Assembly (NCBI GenBank): GCA_038062075.1
Contig: JBBTXY010000008.1
Coordinates: forward strand, 1-57,036
Direction: 5' to 3'
DNA from: Patescibacteria group bacterium
GTDB lineage: Bacteria > Patescibacteriota > Minisyncoccia > Phycocordibacterales > UBA2100
Length of the DNA: 57,036 nt
Shown in pieces: positions 31,087-40,034 of this stretch; the stretch's first letter is position 1, and every line of letters starts with the position of its first letter. The position numbers were made by a program, and so were the translations under genes. The notes beneath the pieces were generated by a model, which had not been told where the DNA came from, ran no database searches, and saw only the letters and a program-made list of their open reading frames with translations.

Positions 31087-31519
31087 AAATGCGGCGAGGC
31101 TTCGGCGGCCGCGGACCGTTGTGCGGGACCGGCGTATCATCGGCGATGCGCGTCACCTCGATGCCTTTGCCGGCAAAACCGCGCAGCGCTGATTCGCGGC
31201 CGCTCCCAACGCCGCGGATGACCACATCGACTTCCTTGACGCCCATCATCGCAGCCTTCTCGCCGAGAAGCTCTCCCACCTTCGCCGCCGCGAATGGCGT
31301 TCCCTTCTTTGCGCCGGAGAAGCCCAAAGCGCCCGAAGACGACCACGCGACAGTATTGCCTTCTTTGTCGGCCAAGGTAACCATCGTGTTGTTGTAGGTC
31401 GCTTGGATAAAGAGCGTTCCTGATGCAAGCGTACGTTTTGCGGTCCTGGCAAGGGAGCGGGATTTCAGTCCCTGATCGACCGTGCCTCCTGATTTCCTGA
31501 TGATGCGTTTTTTGCCCAT
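31085..31519 (-). CDS. rpsK: 30S ribosomal protein S11
   Basis: ATYNNT, KKGTPFAA, PVPHNG. Confidence 0.97.
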   Translation of the reverse strand: MGKKRIIRKSGGTVDQGLKSRSLARTAKRTLASGTLFIQATYNNTMVTLADKEGNTVAWSSSGALGFSGAKKGTPFAAAKVGELLGEKAAMMGVKEVDVVIRGVGSGRESALRGFAGKGIEVTRIADDTPVPHNGPRPPKPRRI

Positions 31520-31702
31520 AGATTTTTGTTACGAGCGTAGCGAGTTAGAAAAATCTATGCCCGCCCAAAATTTTCGCGTGTACGCTCTTGTGTCAAGTAG
31601 ATTAATTATAGGTGATTCCATACGTTATATTGATGTTGTTCGATTGTTCGAAAATTTAGGCGGGCTAAGAAAATCTAATTCACTTCGCTCATGAGATTTT
31701 CT
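31520..31702. repeat. Three-part structured element, copy B (rpsM-rpsK gap)
   Basis: Hairpin with GAGCGTAGCGA; inner IR 31559-31576/31649-31665; hairpin with TCACTTCGCTC. Confidence 0.85.
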
Positions 31703-32084
31703 AAGTTTTCTCCAATTTGCGTCTGCCGGAAGTCATGGTCTTGCGGACATTACCACGGACAGTGCGCGAGTTGGTCTTCGTGGTCTGGCCGCGCACCGGC
31801 AGCTTCTTCGCATGACGCACGCCGCGGTGAGATTTGATGTCTTTGAGACGCCGGATGTTCCCTGATATGAAGCGGCGAAGCTCGCCTTCGACAACGAACG
31901 ACTCGATCGCCTCGCGCAGGGCAGATTCACTCTTCGTGGAAAGTTTATCGGGGCGCGTACCGGGGTCAATTCCCAACTTCTCGAGGGTCTCCCGCGCACG
32001 CGGGCGTCCCACGCCATAGATCGCCGTGAGACCGATCTCAAGGCGTTTGGTATCTGGAATGGTAATGCCTGCGATACGGAGCAT
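31701..32084 (-). CDS. rpsM: 30S ribosomal protein S13
   Basis: RIAGI, LTAIYGVG, LPVRGQTTKTNSRT. Confidence 0.97.
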   Translation of the reverse strand: MLRIAGITIPDTKRLEIGLTAIYGVGRPRARETLEKLGIDPGTRPDKLSTKSESALREAIESFVVEGELRRFISGNIRRLKDIKSHRGVRHAKKLPVRGQTTKTNSRTVRGNVRKTMTSGRRKLEKT

Positions 32085-32170
32085 AGTTGTTGTAAATGTT
32101 GTAGTTGTTATAAGTGTTCTAGATGCGATTCAATTCGTGCATTTTTAACATGTTGAACATATATAACGGC

Positions 32171-32284
32171 TTAACCTTGTCGTTGTTTGTGGCGCGGATT
32201 CGTGCAAATAACCCACAGTCGTCCATGCCGGCGCACATGCCGGCACTTCAAACAGATTTTCTTGACCGATGCTTTGACTTTCAT
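32171..32284 (-). CDS. rpmJ: 50S ribosomal protein L36 (missing from the ORF track)
   Basis: Hand translation [37 protein letters not shown]. Confidence 0.97.
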   Translation of the reverse strand: MKVKASVKKICLKCRHVRRHGRLWVICTNPRHKQRQG

Positions 32285-32480
32285 GGCTGATTTTTACAGA
32301 GCGAAGCGACAATAAAAATCGCCACCCGCCCATCCGCCTAAATTTTTAGGTGTGGCAATGAGGTTATCTTGTCTTTCGAACGTATTTTTTTCAATGTTGA
32401 TCATATGCTTGTTTTAAAAATTTGGGCGGATAGGCGGGTAAGGTTATTTCTAACTCACGTACGTTCGTAAGAAAAACCTT
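32285..32480. repeat. Three-part structured element, copy C (infA-rpmJ gap)
   Basis: Hairpin with GAGCGAAGCGA; inner IR 32324-32348/32415-32439; terminal hairpin 32440-32480. Confidence 0.85.
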
Positions 32481-32721
32481 AGAACCTTCGCACGATGCGA
32501 GCCCGCCCACCGTAGGGATCGAGTTGGAGAGAAACTTTATCTCCGACTAAGACCTTTATCCTATGTAAACGCATTTTCCCCGCGAGATAGGCAAGCTGGA
32601 GCTCACCGCTCGGGAGTTTGACTCGGAACAGCGTATTCGGAAGGGCCTCTTCAACGATACCCTCCACGACTTCTGGTTCCTCCATACCTGCCACACGAAT
32701 ATGATTAGATTGTTCGTCCAC
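32479..32721 (-). CDS. infA: Translation initiation factor IF-1 (start may be ATG 32685)
   Basis: EALPNTLFRV, LAGKMR, GDKV, RIVRR. Confidence 0.95.
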   Translation of the reverse strand: MDEQSNHIRVAGMEEPEVVEGIVEEALPNTLFRVKLPSGELQLAYLAGKMRLHRIKVLVGDKVSLQLDPYGGRARIVRRF

Positions 32722-32802
32722 TCCGGCTACACTCGTGTGTAAACGACCTGAATAAACGATCTAGTAATGCGTGTCGTGTGTACAGGCATGTCTGCGCTCA
32801 AG

Positions 32803-32831
32803 ATATTAGCAGGAGTGTGCTGGTAAGTCAA
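32803..32831 (-). promoter_or_regulatory. Sigma70-type promoter of the infA-rpsI operon
   Basis: TTGACT-N17-TAATAT. Confidence 0.65.
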
Positions 32832-32834
32832 CCA

Positions 32835-34181
32835 TCAGAAGGGTCGTGCGGGTTCCTCGACCGTGACCGTGATCTTTGCAGGATCCGAGGGGAAGGCATG
32901 CTTCCAAAAAGGCGTGATGCGTGCCCGTGCTTCTTCAACCGCAGGAAAGCCCTGGATGATGGTCTCGAATGCCGATTCCTCGCGCCCCGCAAGGGCTTCG
33001 GAGAGCGCATTCGCATCGACGTTCCACACCAACTGTCCGGAGCCGGAGAGGTTGAAATTCAAGGGCTTCTCCCCCATCTCCTGCTGCGCCAAGGTTGACG
33101 TGGCCTGTGCGGAGATATTGTCTGCAAAATGTAATGAGATGGACTGCCCTTCCGCGCTCGCGCTTACGGCCTGTGCGATCACCTGCGCGAAAACGGCTTC
33201 CGGGAATATCGGGAGTGTGATCGTCGCTCGCTCATGGACGCGCACGCCCCCTCCCGACTCTGATGTCGGTGGCAGGGTCTCGAATGTAATGTTGGCAAGG
33301 CCAGGAAATGCGAGCGACCCTTCAGGCACTGCTTGTGCAAGCTCCTTCGCCTTCTCGTGCAAGCGTCCCCGTATTTCAGAGCGTGCTGCCTCAAGTGTCG
33401 CGGGAGGCACCGCAGGACGATTGCCGGAGAATCCGCCGGTAAATGCAGCGGTTGATCTCGCATAGACCTTTTCGTACATATCCGGCGTCGACTTGAGGCC
33501 GGGGAGCGTAAAGCGATCGACAGGCGCGATGTTGTAGCTCTCCCCCGTCTGGTCCGCAAAGACCGTCACCTGGATGGTGCCCGGGGTCCCGCCTTTTCGC
33601 CCCGGCACATCAACGGAAGCGGGAATGCGGAACACGAGCCCGTTGGGGCTTTGGAACCGCGTGTTCTTGATGAGGCGCACCGGAGCGTCAGAATATGCAT
33701 TGTAGATTGTGATAGTGCCCGTTGCCTTTTCTTGCGCCTCTTCGACGCCACTTGCCGAGACGACCGCGGAATCATCATAGGATTGTGAGACGACCGTGTA
33801 GGAAATACTTCCTGCCGCAGCGCTCGCTGCCGGATAGGCGGTAAAAAGCGTCGCGGCGTCGAAAGGAACGATCTGCGTGTGCGGCGAAACGTTGATCGTG
33901 GTCGAGGGGAAGAAGACCAAGATACCTGCGCCGATAAGAACGACGAGCGCCACTATCGCGGCAACCCACATACCCCAACGCCCGCGCTTGCGCGGGGTGC
34001 TGTATTCGTTCGTGAGGGGAGGTCGCGCGGGAGTAGCCCGCGACATGCGCTGGCGGGTAGATGGCTGGATGTTGCGGATGGACCTTTCAGGGGTCATATG
34101 CGGTTCGGCTTCCGGCTCCGCGCCAGATAGCGCTGGTTCGTCTTCCGGGACGATATCCTGCATGTAATTACGTGCGGCCAT
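32835..34181 (-). CDS. Bitopic membrane protein with a baseplate-J-like extracytoplasmic region
   Basis: Disordered N-terminus, single TM, ATGTITIYN..LIKNTRF..VDVPG..VFADQTGESYNI. Confidence 0.7.
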   Translation of the reverse strand: MAARNYMQDIVPEDEPALSGAEPEAEPHMTPERSIRNIQPSTRQRMSRATPARPPLTNEYSTPRKRGRWGMWVAAIVALVVLIGAGILVFFPSTTINVSPHTQIVPFDAATLFTAYPAASAAAGSISYTVVSQSYDDSAVVSASGVEEAQEKATGTITIYNAYSDAPVRLIKNTRFQSPNGLVFRIPASVDVPGRKGGTPGTIQVTVFADQTGESYNIAPVDRFTLPGLKSTPDMYEKVYARSTAAFTGGFSGNRPAVPPATLEAARSEIRGRLHEKAKELAQAVPEGSLAFPGLANITFETLPPTSESGGGVRVHERATITLPIFPEAVFAQVIAQAVSASAEGQSISLHFADNISAQATSTLAQQEMGEKPLNFNLSGSGQLVWNVDANALSEALAGREESAFETIIQGFPAVEEARARITPFWKHAFPSDPAKITVTVEEPARPF

Positions 34182-34256
34182 ATGTGAAGGCTTACTGGGC
34201 GTATAAGAACGCCTGCGACCCGGGCAGTATACCATGGTCACGAACGAGGGGAGTCA

Positions 34257-35402
34257 TCATGTGGATTGCATGAGCTGCACGCTGAAAGCGGCCGTCGCGA
34301 TCCCCGTGTCAGGCACTCCCTCTTTCCCCCAGGATACTGAATCACGTAAGTGCTCCGGCGTGAGTGTCTCAACAATGAATGGCTGCGTCGTTGTTGTGAA
34401 CTGCGAAAAATCGATGCGCGAGAAGAATCCGTGGAGCCATTGCGAGAGCTCGAGCGGGGCGACAAGGATGGTGGCATTCGGAAGCCGGCGCACGCCGGCA
34501 AGTGAAGTGAACACTTCGCCGAACGCACGCACGAGATCGGGCTCGGCACGCGCGAGGGAATCCTTCAGAGCTTCGCATGCGCTTGACGAACAGGTGTCGG
34601 TCGCGAGCATGCGCAGGAGGGACATCGTCTCCTCCGGAAGCCCCCCACTTGCGACACGCTTCAGGATGGTCGCTAACCCTTCCGAAGCGGCGGCATATTG
34701 CGTGATGGCGTCGCGGCGCACGACCGCGCAGGCGGTCGTCGCGCTACCGAGGTCGATGAGAAAGAAGCGCTGCAGTTCGGGGAGATACTCCTGCATGACG
34801 ATGAGGAGCGCGCGAAGCCCTGAGTGCAGGGAGAGCGGCCGATCAGGAAGAAGCGCTGCGACCTCATCGGTGATCGCCCGCTTCATCGCGGGGTCGATAT
34901 CACTCTCGAACGCCACAACACTGATCGAGCTCGCATGCTTTCCCAGAGGGTTCCCGGTCGGATACCCATTGAGGAACACCTGCATGACGCCCGCTTCTAA
35001 GATGCTCGAGCGATCCAATTCCGACGGTTGCGCCAAGGCTTGCTTGGCGAAGCGCGCAATGACATCTTTCGTGATGGTCTGCTCTTTCTCGAATGCGCCA
35101 TCTGCGCGCGCGGTACGGAAACGCGTCCAGGGCGCACGAAGCACCACGTGCGCCGCAGACGGCGCAGTACCCCCTTTCTCTCGATACGTTTTCAAGAACT
35201 TCTCAGCGGTATCTTTGAAAAGATTCGTGATGGCGGCGAGTATTTGTTCATGAGTGCGATCTTCGAAGGGAAGCGTCGCACGTGTCGATGCATGCACCTG
35301 CACCGGTGTATGTCCAAGTGTTACTAAAGAGACACCGACGCTCCCATCGCCGATATCGACGATAAGGACCGGCTTCCCTACGCCGCGCTTGATAGAAAAC
35401 AT
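34257..35402 (-). CDS. Divergent actin-fold (FtsA/PilM-like) protein
   Basis: IVDIGDGSVG and LIDLGSATT phosphate-loop-like motifs. Confidence 0.65.
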   Translation of the reverse strand: MFSIKRGVGKPVLIVDIGDGSVGVSLVTLGHTPVQVHASTRATLPFEDRTHEQILAAITNLFKDTAEKFLKTYREKGGTAPSAAHVVLRAPWTRFRTARADGAFEKEQTITKDVIARFAKQALAQPSELDRSSILEAGVMQVFLNGYPTGNPLGKHASSISVVAFESDIDPAMKRAITDEVAALLPDRPLSLHSGLRALLIVMQEYLPELQRFFLIDLGSATTACAVVRRDAITQYAAASEGLATILKRVASGGLPEETMSLLRMLATDTCSSSACEALKDSLARAEPDLVRAFGEVFTSLAGVRRLPNATILVAPLELSQWLHGFFSRIDFSQFTTTTQPFIVETLTPEHLRDSVSWGKEGVPDTGIATAAFSVQLMQST

Positions 35403-35432
35403 GACTGTTAGTATACCGTGCCTCCAGGGCTC

Positions 35433-37352
35433 TTAGTGGAGCACTGCTTTTATCCTGCGGATACCTGCGGCGACGGCTTCTTCTTTCTGTATCTTGAAAA
35501 CACCGCTCTTCCCTATCTCCGCCGTGTTCGTTACGTGCGGCCCGCCGCAGAACTCTATTGAGAACGCATTCTCGAATTGCGGTTCCTCCCCGGTCGCGCC
35601 TGCGGGACCGACCGAATAGATGGAAACGGTTTCTGGGTACTTCGCGCCAAACTCATGCTGAGCATTCAGCTTCTCAGCTTCTTCGCGCGGCATGGTACTT
35701 CGGATAACGGGAAGCGCCTCCTGTACTTTTTCATTGACGATGCGTTCGACCTCTCGCTTCTCCTCGTCGGTCATCTTTTCTCCATGTGAGAAATCGATGC
35801 GCAGACGCTCGCTCGTGATGTTCGAGCCCCTCTGCTTCACATGCTCGCCCAAGACCACTTGGAGCGCTTTGAGGAGTAGGTGGTGTGCTGTGTGCAAGCA
35901 CGTCGTCGCTTCCGACGTATCAGCAAGGCCTCCTTTGAATTTCTGCTCGGCGCCGGCGCGGGAGATATCGGAATGCGTTTTCATATGTTTCTTGAAGCTG
36001 AATTCATCCACCGAGAGCCCGCGCTCGTTCGCAAGTTCCTGCGTCATCTCGAACGGGAAACCGTAGGTCGTGAAGAGTTTAAAGGCTTGCTCCCCCGAAA
36101 TAGAGCCTGTTGCCATTTTCTCGAATTCCTTCATTCCCTCCGCAAGCGTATGCGCGAATTGTTTCTCTTCGTTCCAGATCGTTTCTTTAATGAGTTGATA
36201 CGGTCCGTCCCCCTGCAATTCGGGATACGCTTCCTTGTACTTTTCAATGAACATAACGGCACAGCGCACGAGCATGCTGTCCTCCTCATCCTTATCTTGC
36301 ACTTCGAGCTTCATCGCGTGTTGTGATGCGCGACGGATGAGACGGCGCAACACATAGCCGCGCTCCGTGTTCGAAGGTTTTACGCCGTCGGAGATCATGA
36401 ACATCGCGGCGCGCACATGATCCACGAGGATACGGAACGAGCGCGTGTAGCGGCTGTCTGAATAAGACTTCCGGGAGAATTTCTCCAAAAGAAGAATGGG
36501 CTCTTCGAACACATCCGTCGCGAACACATCCGGATTATCGTGGAGCGCCGCGACGATACGCTCCAGCCCGCCGCCAAAGTCAACGTTCCGCTTCGGTAAG
36601 GGCGCGAAGGTACCATCTTCCTTCTTGAGGTATTGCATGAAAACGGAATTCCCGATTTCCAAAAAACGGCCACAGTCACAATTCGGATGACATTCGTCGC
36701 CGAATTTCGCATCGTGCATCGTCCCGAAATCATAAAAATATTCCGAATCGGGTCCGCCCGGCTCGCCTACGGGCATGGTGCTCGGTATACCGGCCCTCGA
36801 CCACCAATTCTTTCTTGCATCGTAGTAGAAAATGCGTCCATCGCGCATGCCGAGCCGCGAGCCGTCAGCCTCTGAACCGATCTCGACGATAACTGCATCA
36901 ATCCCCTTCTCCACAAACAGCGACTGCCATATTTCTGCCGCTTCAGTGTCACGCGGAATGCCGTTCTTCTCGTCGCCTGCGAATACCGTCACGTAGAGCT
37001 TGCGCGGATCGAGCCCTGCCTCGAGGAGAAAATCGAATACGTATTCGAGCTCGTCTTTTTTCCAGTAATCGCCCAAGGACCAATGGCCGAGCATCTCGAA
37101 AAATGTCGTATGGCGGTTGTCGCCCACTTCCTCGATATCTTCCGCGCGGAAGGAGCGCTGCGAATTCGCCAAGCGCTTTCCTTCCGGGTGCTCTTTCCCC
37201 AAGAGATACGGGACCAGTGGCTGCATGCCGCTTCCCGTGAAAAGCGTCGTCGGATCGTTCTGCGGAATAAGCGAAGCGCTTGGGATGATGGCGTGGCCGC
37301 GCGCTTTGAAGAATTCGAGATAGGCGGCACGGATATCGGCAAGCGTCTTCAT
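35433..37352 (-). CDS. alaS: Alanine--tRNA ligase lacking the C-Ala domain
   Basis: TLFTGSGMQ, HTTFFEMLG, GYVLRRLIRR, HTAHH, CGGPH; ends right after GIRRIKA. Confidence 0.95.
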   Translation of the reverse strand: MKTLADIRAAYLEFFKARGHAIIPSASLIPQNDPTTLFTGSGMQPLVPYLLGKEHPEGKRLANSQRSFRAEDIEEVGDNRHTTFFEMLGHWSLGDYWKKDELEYVFDFLLEAGLDPRKLYVTVFAGDEKNGIPRDTEAAEIWQSLFVEKGIDAVIVEIGSEADGSRLGMRDGRIFYYDARKNWWSRAGIPSTMPVGEPGGPDSEYFYDFGTMHDAKFGDECHPNCDCGRFLEIGNSVFMQYLKKEDGTFAPLPKRNVDFGGGLERIVAALHDNPDVFATDVFEEPILLLEKFSRKSYSDSRYTRSFRILVDHVRAAMFMISDGVKPSNTERGYVLRRLIRRASQHAMKLEVQDKDEEDSMLVRCAVMFIEKYKEAYPELQGDGPYQLIKETIWNEEKQFAHTLAEGMKEFEKMATGSISGEQAFKLFTTYGFPFEMTQELANERGLSVDEFSFKKHMKTHSDISRAGAEQKFKGGLADTSEATTCLHTAHHLLLKALQVVLGEHVKQRGSNITSERLRIDFSHGEKMTDEEKREVERIVNEKVQEALPVIRSTMPREEAEKLNAQHEFGAKYPETVSIYSVGPAGATGEEPQFENAFSIEFCGGPHVTNTAEIGKSGVFKIQKEEAVAAGIRRIKAVLH

Positions 37353-37370
37353 ACTGGCAAAAAATAACAT

Positions 37371-37400
37371 AAAAGAAGAGCCGGGGCTACGAGCCCCGGC
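37371..37400 (-). terminator. Intrinsic terminator
   Basis: GCCGGGGCT-CGT-AGCCCCGGC-TCTTCTTTT on the minus strand. Confidence 0.75.
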
Positions 37401-37414
37401 CCAATGATGGCGAC

Positions 37415-37639
37415 TTAGCCATTGGGATTTGCGATTACATTCTCTGCGAGTGCGAGGGCTTCACGAAGGAGCGTCTTTGATTCATCTGTCACCGCTACGT
37501 CTGTCTCGCTAAGTTCAAGAAATCGCCGTATCGAATCAGCGCATTGCTCAGCGAAGTAGAAACGATCTTCTGGCGGCAGACTGCTCAAGGTTTCTTTAAA
37601 CTCTTTGAACGTATCGCTATTCGGGTTTTGAATGAACAT
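37415..37639 (-). CDS. Small hypothetical protein
   Basis: 74-aa ORF with purine-rich RBS-like sequence, followed by a terminator. Confidence 0.55.
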   Translation of the reverse strand: MFIQNPNSDTFKEFKETLSSLPPEDRFYFAEQCADSIRRFLELSETDVAVTDESKTLLREALALAENVIANPNG

Positions 37640-37692
37640 CTTCTTTCCCTTTCTCCTCACGAACCGTAATTCTAATATACAAAGTGTTTAAC

Positions 37693-39720
37693 TCAAAGTC
37701 GTGCAAGTGTTTGTAATAAAAATGCATAATCGAACGCGCGTTGTTTGATCCACTCGTACCGACCGCTTTTGCCGAAATGTCCCCCTTCGAGCTCGATCTT
37801 GAAAAGAAGCGAGTTCGTGTCGATCTTTCGTGAGCGAAGGCGGGCGACCCATTTCGCCGCTTCCCAGTACGGCGTGCGAATATCGTGCATCGAAGCACGC
37901 ACCAAGATCGGCGGATACGCTGCTGCGCGCACGGTCTCATAGGGCGACTGCTTCATAAGGTAGCGGTAGTGTTTCGGATCCTTCGGATTCCCTATTTCAT
38001 CGAAGTGGAGCCGCGTGCCGCCGAGCTTTTCGTCGAGAAGTGAGGTGATGAGGTCCGCCGCGGGAACGTAGACAACGGCCGCACCGAAAAGAGAGGGCTC
38101 GCGATTCAAGACTTGCCCCATGAGCATGCCGCCCGCGGAGCCGCCGGTGATCGCGAGCTTCTCGCGCGTCGTGTAATGCTTGCGCACCAAGAACTTCGCG
38201 GCTGCAAGAAAATCATCCGCTGTGCGATGCTTCGTGAGAAGATGCGCCTCTTTGTGCCAATGCCAGCCTAATTCGCCCCCGCCGCGCGGATGCGCGACGG
38301 CAATGACCCAGCCGCGCTCGAGAAGGCTAAGCCTCGCGACCGAGAAGTGCGGATCATTCGAGATGCCGTAGGAGCCGTACGCTTCCAGAAGCAAGGGTGC
38401 CTTCTTCTTCACGTTCTTCTTGTGCGCGAGGACGACAGGAATTTTGACGCCGTCGCTTTTGACCCATACGCGCTTCGAGGTATAGGAATTCTTATGATAA
38501 TAAGGCACTTCCTGCCGTTTGCGGATGATGAAGTGCTTCGTATCTACGTCGTAATCGTAGGCGGTTTTCGGCGTGATGAAGGAATCATAGGTGATGCGGA
38601 TGTAGGGCGATTCGTATTCGAGATTGTCCCAGAGCGAGATGGTGTGCCCCTCTTCGGGGAAGACGACTTTCTCGCGCTTCCCTTCCGGGGTTGAAATGTA
38701 GATCTCTTCAGAACCTTCTTCGCGAATAGTAAGTGCTATAAAATTCTTGAATGGCACGAAGCCGGTTATTGCACGCTCTATCTTGTGCGGGAGCCACGGT
38801 TTCCAATGGGCGCGCTGCGGCTTCCCGACCAGCGTACGCATAATTTTATAGTTCACTGCTTTCTCGTTCGTGGTGATGTAGAAGAATCCTTCGTGATGCT
38901 CGACGTAGTAGCGCACTTTATTTTTGCGCGGCGTGATGAGCCGGGGCTTCGCGAGGGGTTCGCGCGCGGGGAGATACCGCGCTTCCGTCGTCGTATAGTT
39001 CGCGGCGTAAATAAAGATGTAGTCGCGGCTGCGGCTCTTCCCCAAGGAGACATACCATTGCGGGTCTTTTTCCTCATAGACCAGTGTGTCACTCGCCGGA
39101 TTATCCCCAAGCGTGTGACGAAAAACCTTTCGTGGCGGATGCGGGTGTTCTTCCTTCGTATAGAACAGATACAAGCCATCCTCCGACCACTCGACGTCGC
39201 CGACCGAGGTAATGATGTCGGCGCGCAATTCGCCAGTTGAGAGATCTTTGATGAAGAGCGTGTGATCCTCATCCCCTTTCGTATCGATCGTGTATGCAAG
39301 CAGCGCATGATCAGGCGAAAGAGCGCTCTCGCCGAGCGAGAAGTATTCGAAACCCTCCGCAAGCTTATTTTCGTCAAGGATGACTTCTTCTGTGCCGCGC
39401 GCGCCTTTCATGCGGCAATGGATCGCATACTCCTTCCCGCGCTTCATGCGCGTGTAATAGAGGTAGGGACCACGCTTGATCGGCACCGATTTGTCGTCTT
39501 CTTTGATGCGCGAACGGATCTCCTTGTACAGCTTCGCCTGCAAGCGAAGCGTGGGGCGCATAACCTTTTCAGCATACGAATTTTCTGTTTTGAGATACTC
39601 GCGCGCTTCTGAAGGTTCCTGGAGCCAGGTAAACTCATCTGCCCGTTTGTGGCCGTGCAGCGTAAAAACCTGTGGCTTTCCCACAGGAGTAGGCGGCACT
39701 AGAACTGATTTCCCTCGCAT
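37693..39720 (-). CDS. ptrB: Oligopeptidase B (S9A)
   Basis: YGSYG, RGGGELG, GGSAGG nucleophile, GGHFG. Confidence 0.92.
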   Translation of the reverse strand: MRGKSVLVPPTPVGKPQVFTLHGHKRADEFTWLQEPSEAREYLKTENSYAEKVMRPTLRLQAKLYKEIRSRIKEDDKSVPIKRGPYLYYTRMKRGKEYAIHCRMKGARGTEEVILDENKLAEGFEYFSLGESALSPDHALLAYTIDTKGDEDHTLFIKDLSTGELRADIITSVGDVEWSEDGLYLFYTKEEHPHPPRKVFRHTLGDNPASDTLVYEEKDPQWYVSLGKSRSRDYIFIYAANYTTTEARYLPAREPLAKPRLITPRKNKVRYYVEHHEGFFYITTNEKAVNYKIMRTLVGKPQRAHWKPWLPHKIERAITGFVPFKNFIALTIREEGSEEIYISTPEGKREKVVFPEEGHTISLWDNLEYESPYIRITYDSFITPKTAYDYDVDTKHFIIRKRQEVPYYHKNSYTSKRVWVKSDGVKIPVVLAHKKNVKKKAPLLLEAYGSYGISNDPHFSVARLSLLERGWVIAVAHPRGGGELGWHWHKEAHLLTKHRTADDFLAAAKFLVRKHYTTREKLAITGGSAGGMLMGQVLNREPSLFGAAVVYVPAADLITSLLDEKLGGTRLHFDEIGNPKDPKHYRYLMKQSPYETVRAAAYPPILVRASMHDIRTPYWEAAKWVARLRSRKIDTNSLLFKIELEGGHFGKSGRYEWIKQRAFDYAFLLQTLARL

Positions 39721-39776
39721 CGGCGATACTCTACCACCGACTGCCGATTATTGACAAAAAGCCGATATATTGCACA

Positions 39777-40034
39777 CTATAAAGCGCCTTCGGCGCGAAG
39801 CAGCGCCCGCTTCTTCTTCTCGCCACCGCGATTGTAGCTTCCCAATGAACCATCCGAGCGTAAAACGCGATGGCATGGGATCTTTGGATCGAAATTCGTC
39901 CGCATAACGGTGCCTACCGCACGCGCCGCTTTTGCCCTCCCGGCTTTCTTCGCGACTTCTGCATACGTCATCGTCGCCCCTTTCGGAATGCGCGCGACGA
40001 CGGCACGGACTTTGTCAGAAAATGAAGTGCTCAT
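39777..40034 (-). CDS. Minimal O6-alkylguanine DNA alkyltransferase (MGMT family)
   Basis: IPKG..TYAEVA..ARAVG..PCHRV. Confidence 0.9.
   Translation of the reverse strand: MSTSFSDKVRAVVARIPKGATMTYAEVAKKAGRAKAARAVGTVMRTNFDPKIPCHRVLRSDGSLGSYNRGGEKKKRALLRAEGAL

Noticed and set aside
32835-34181. Prophage suggested by the baseplate-like domain
   Set aside because: No integrase, terminase, capsid or tail genes; the protein is membrane-anchored among core genes.
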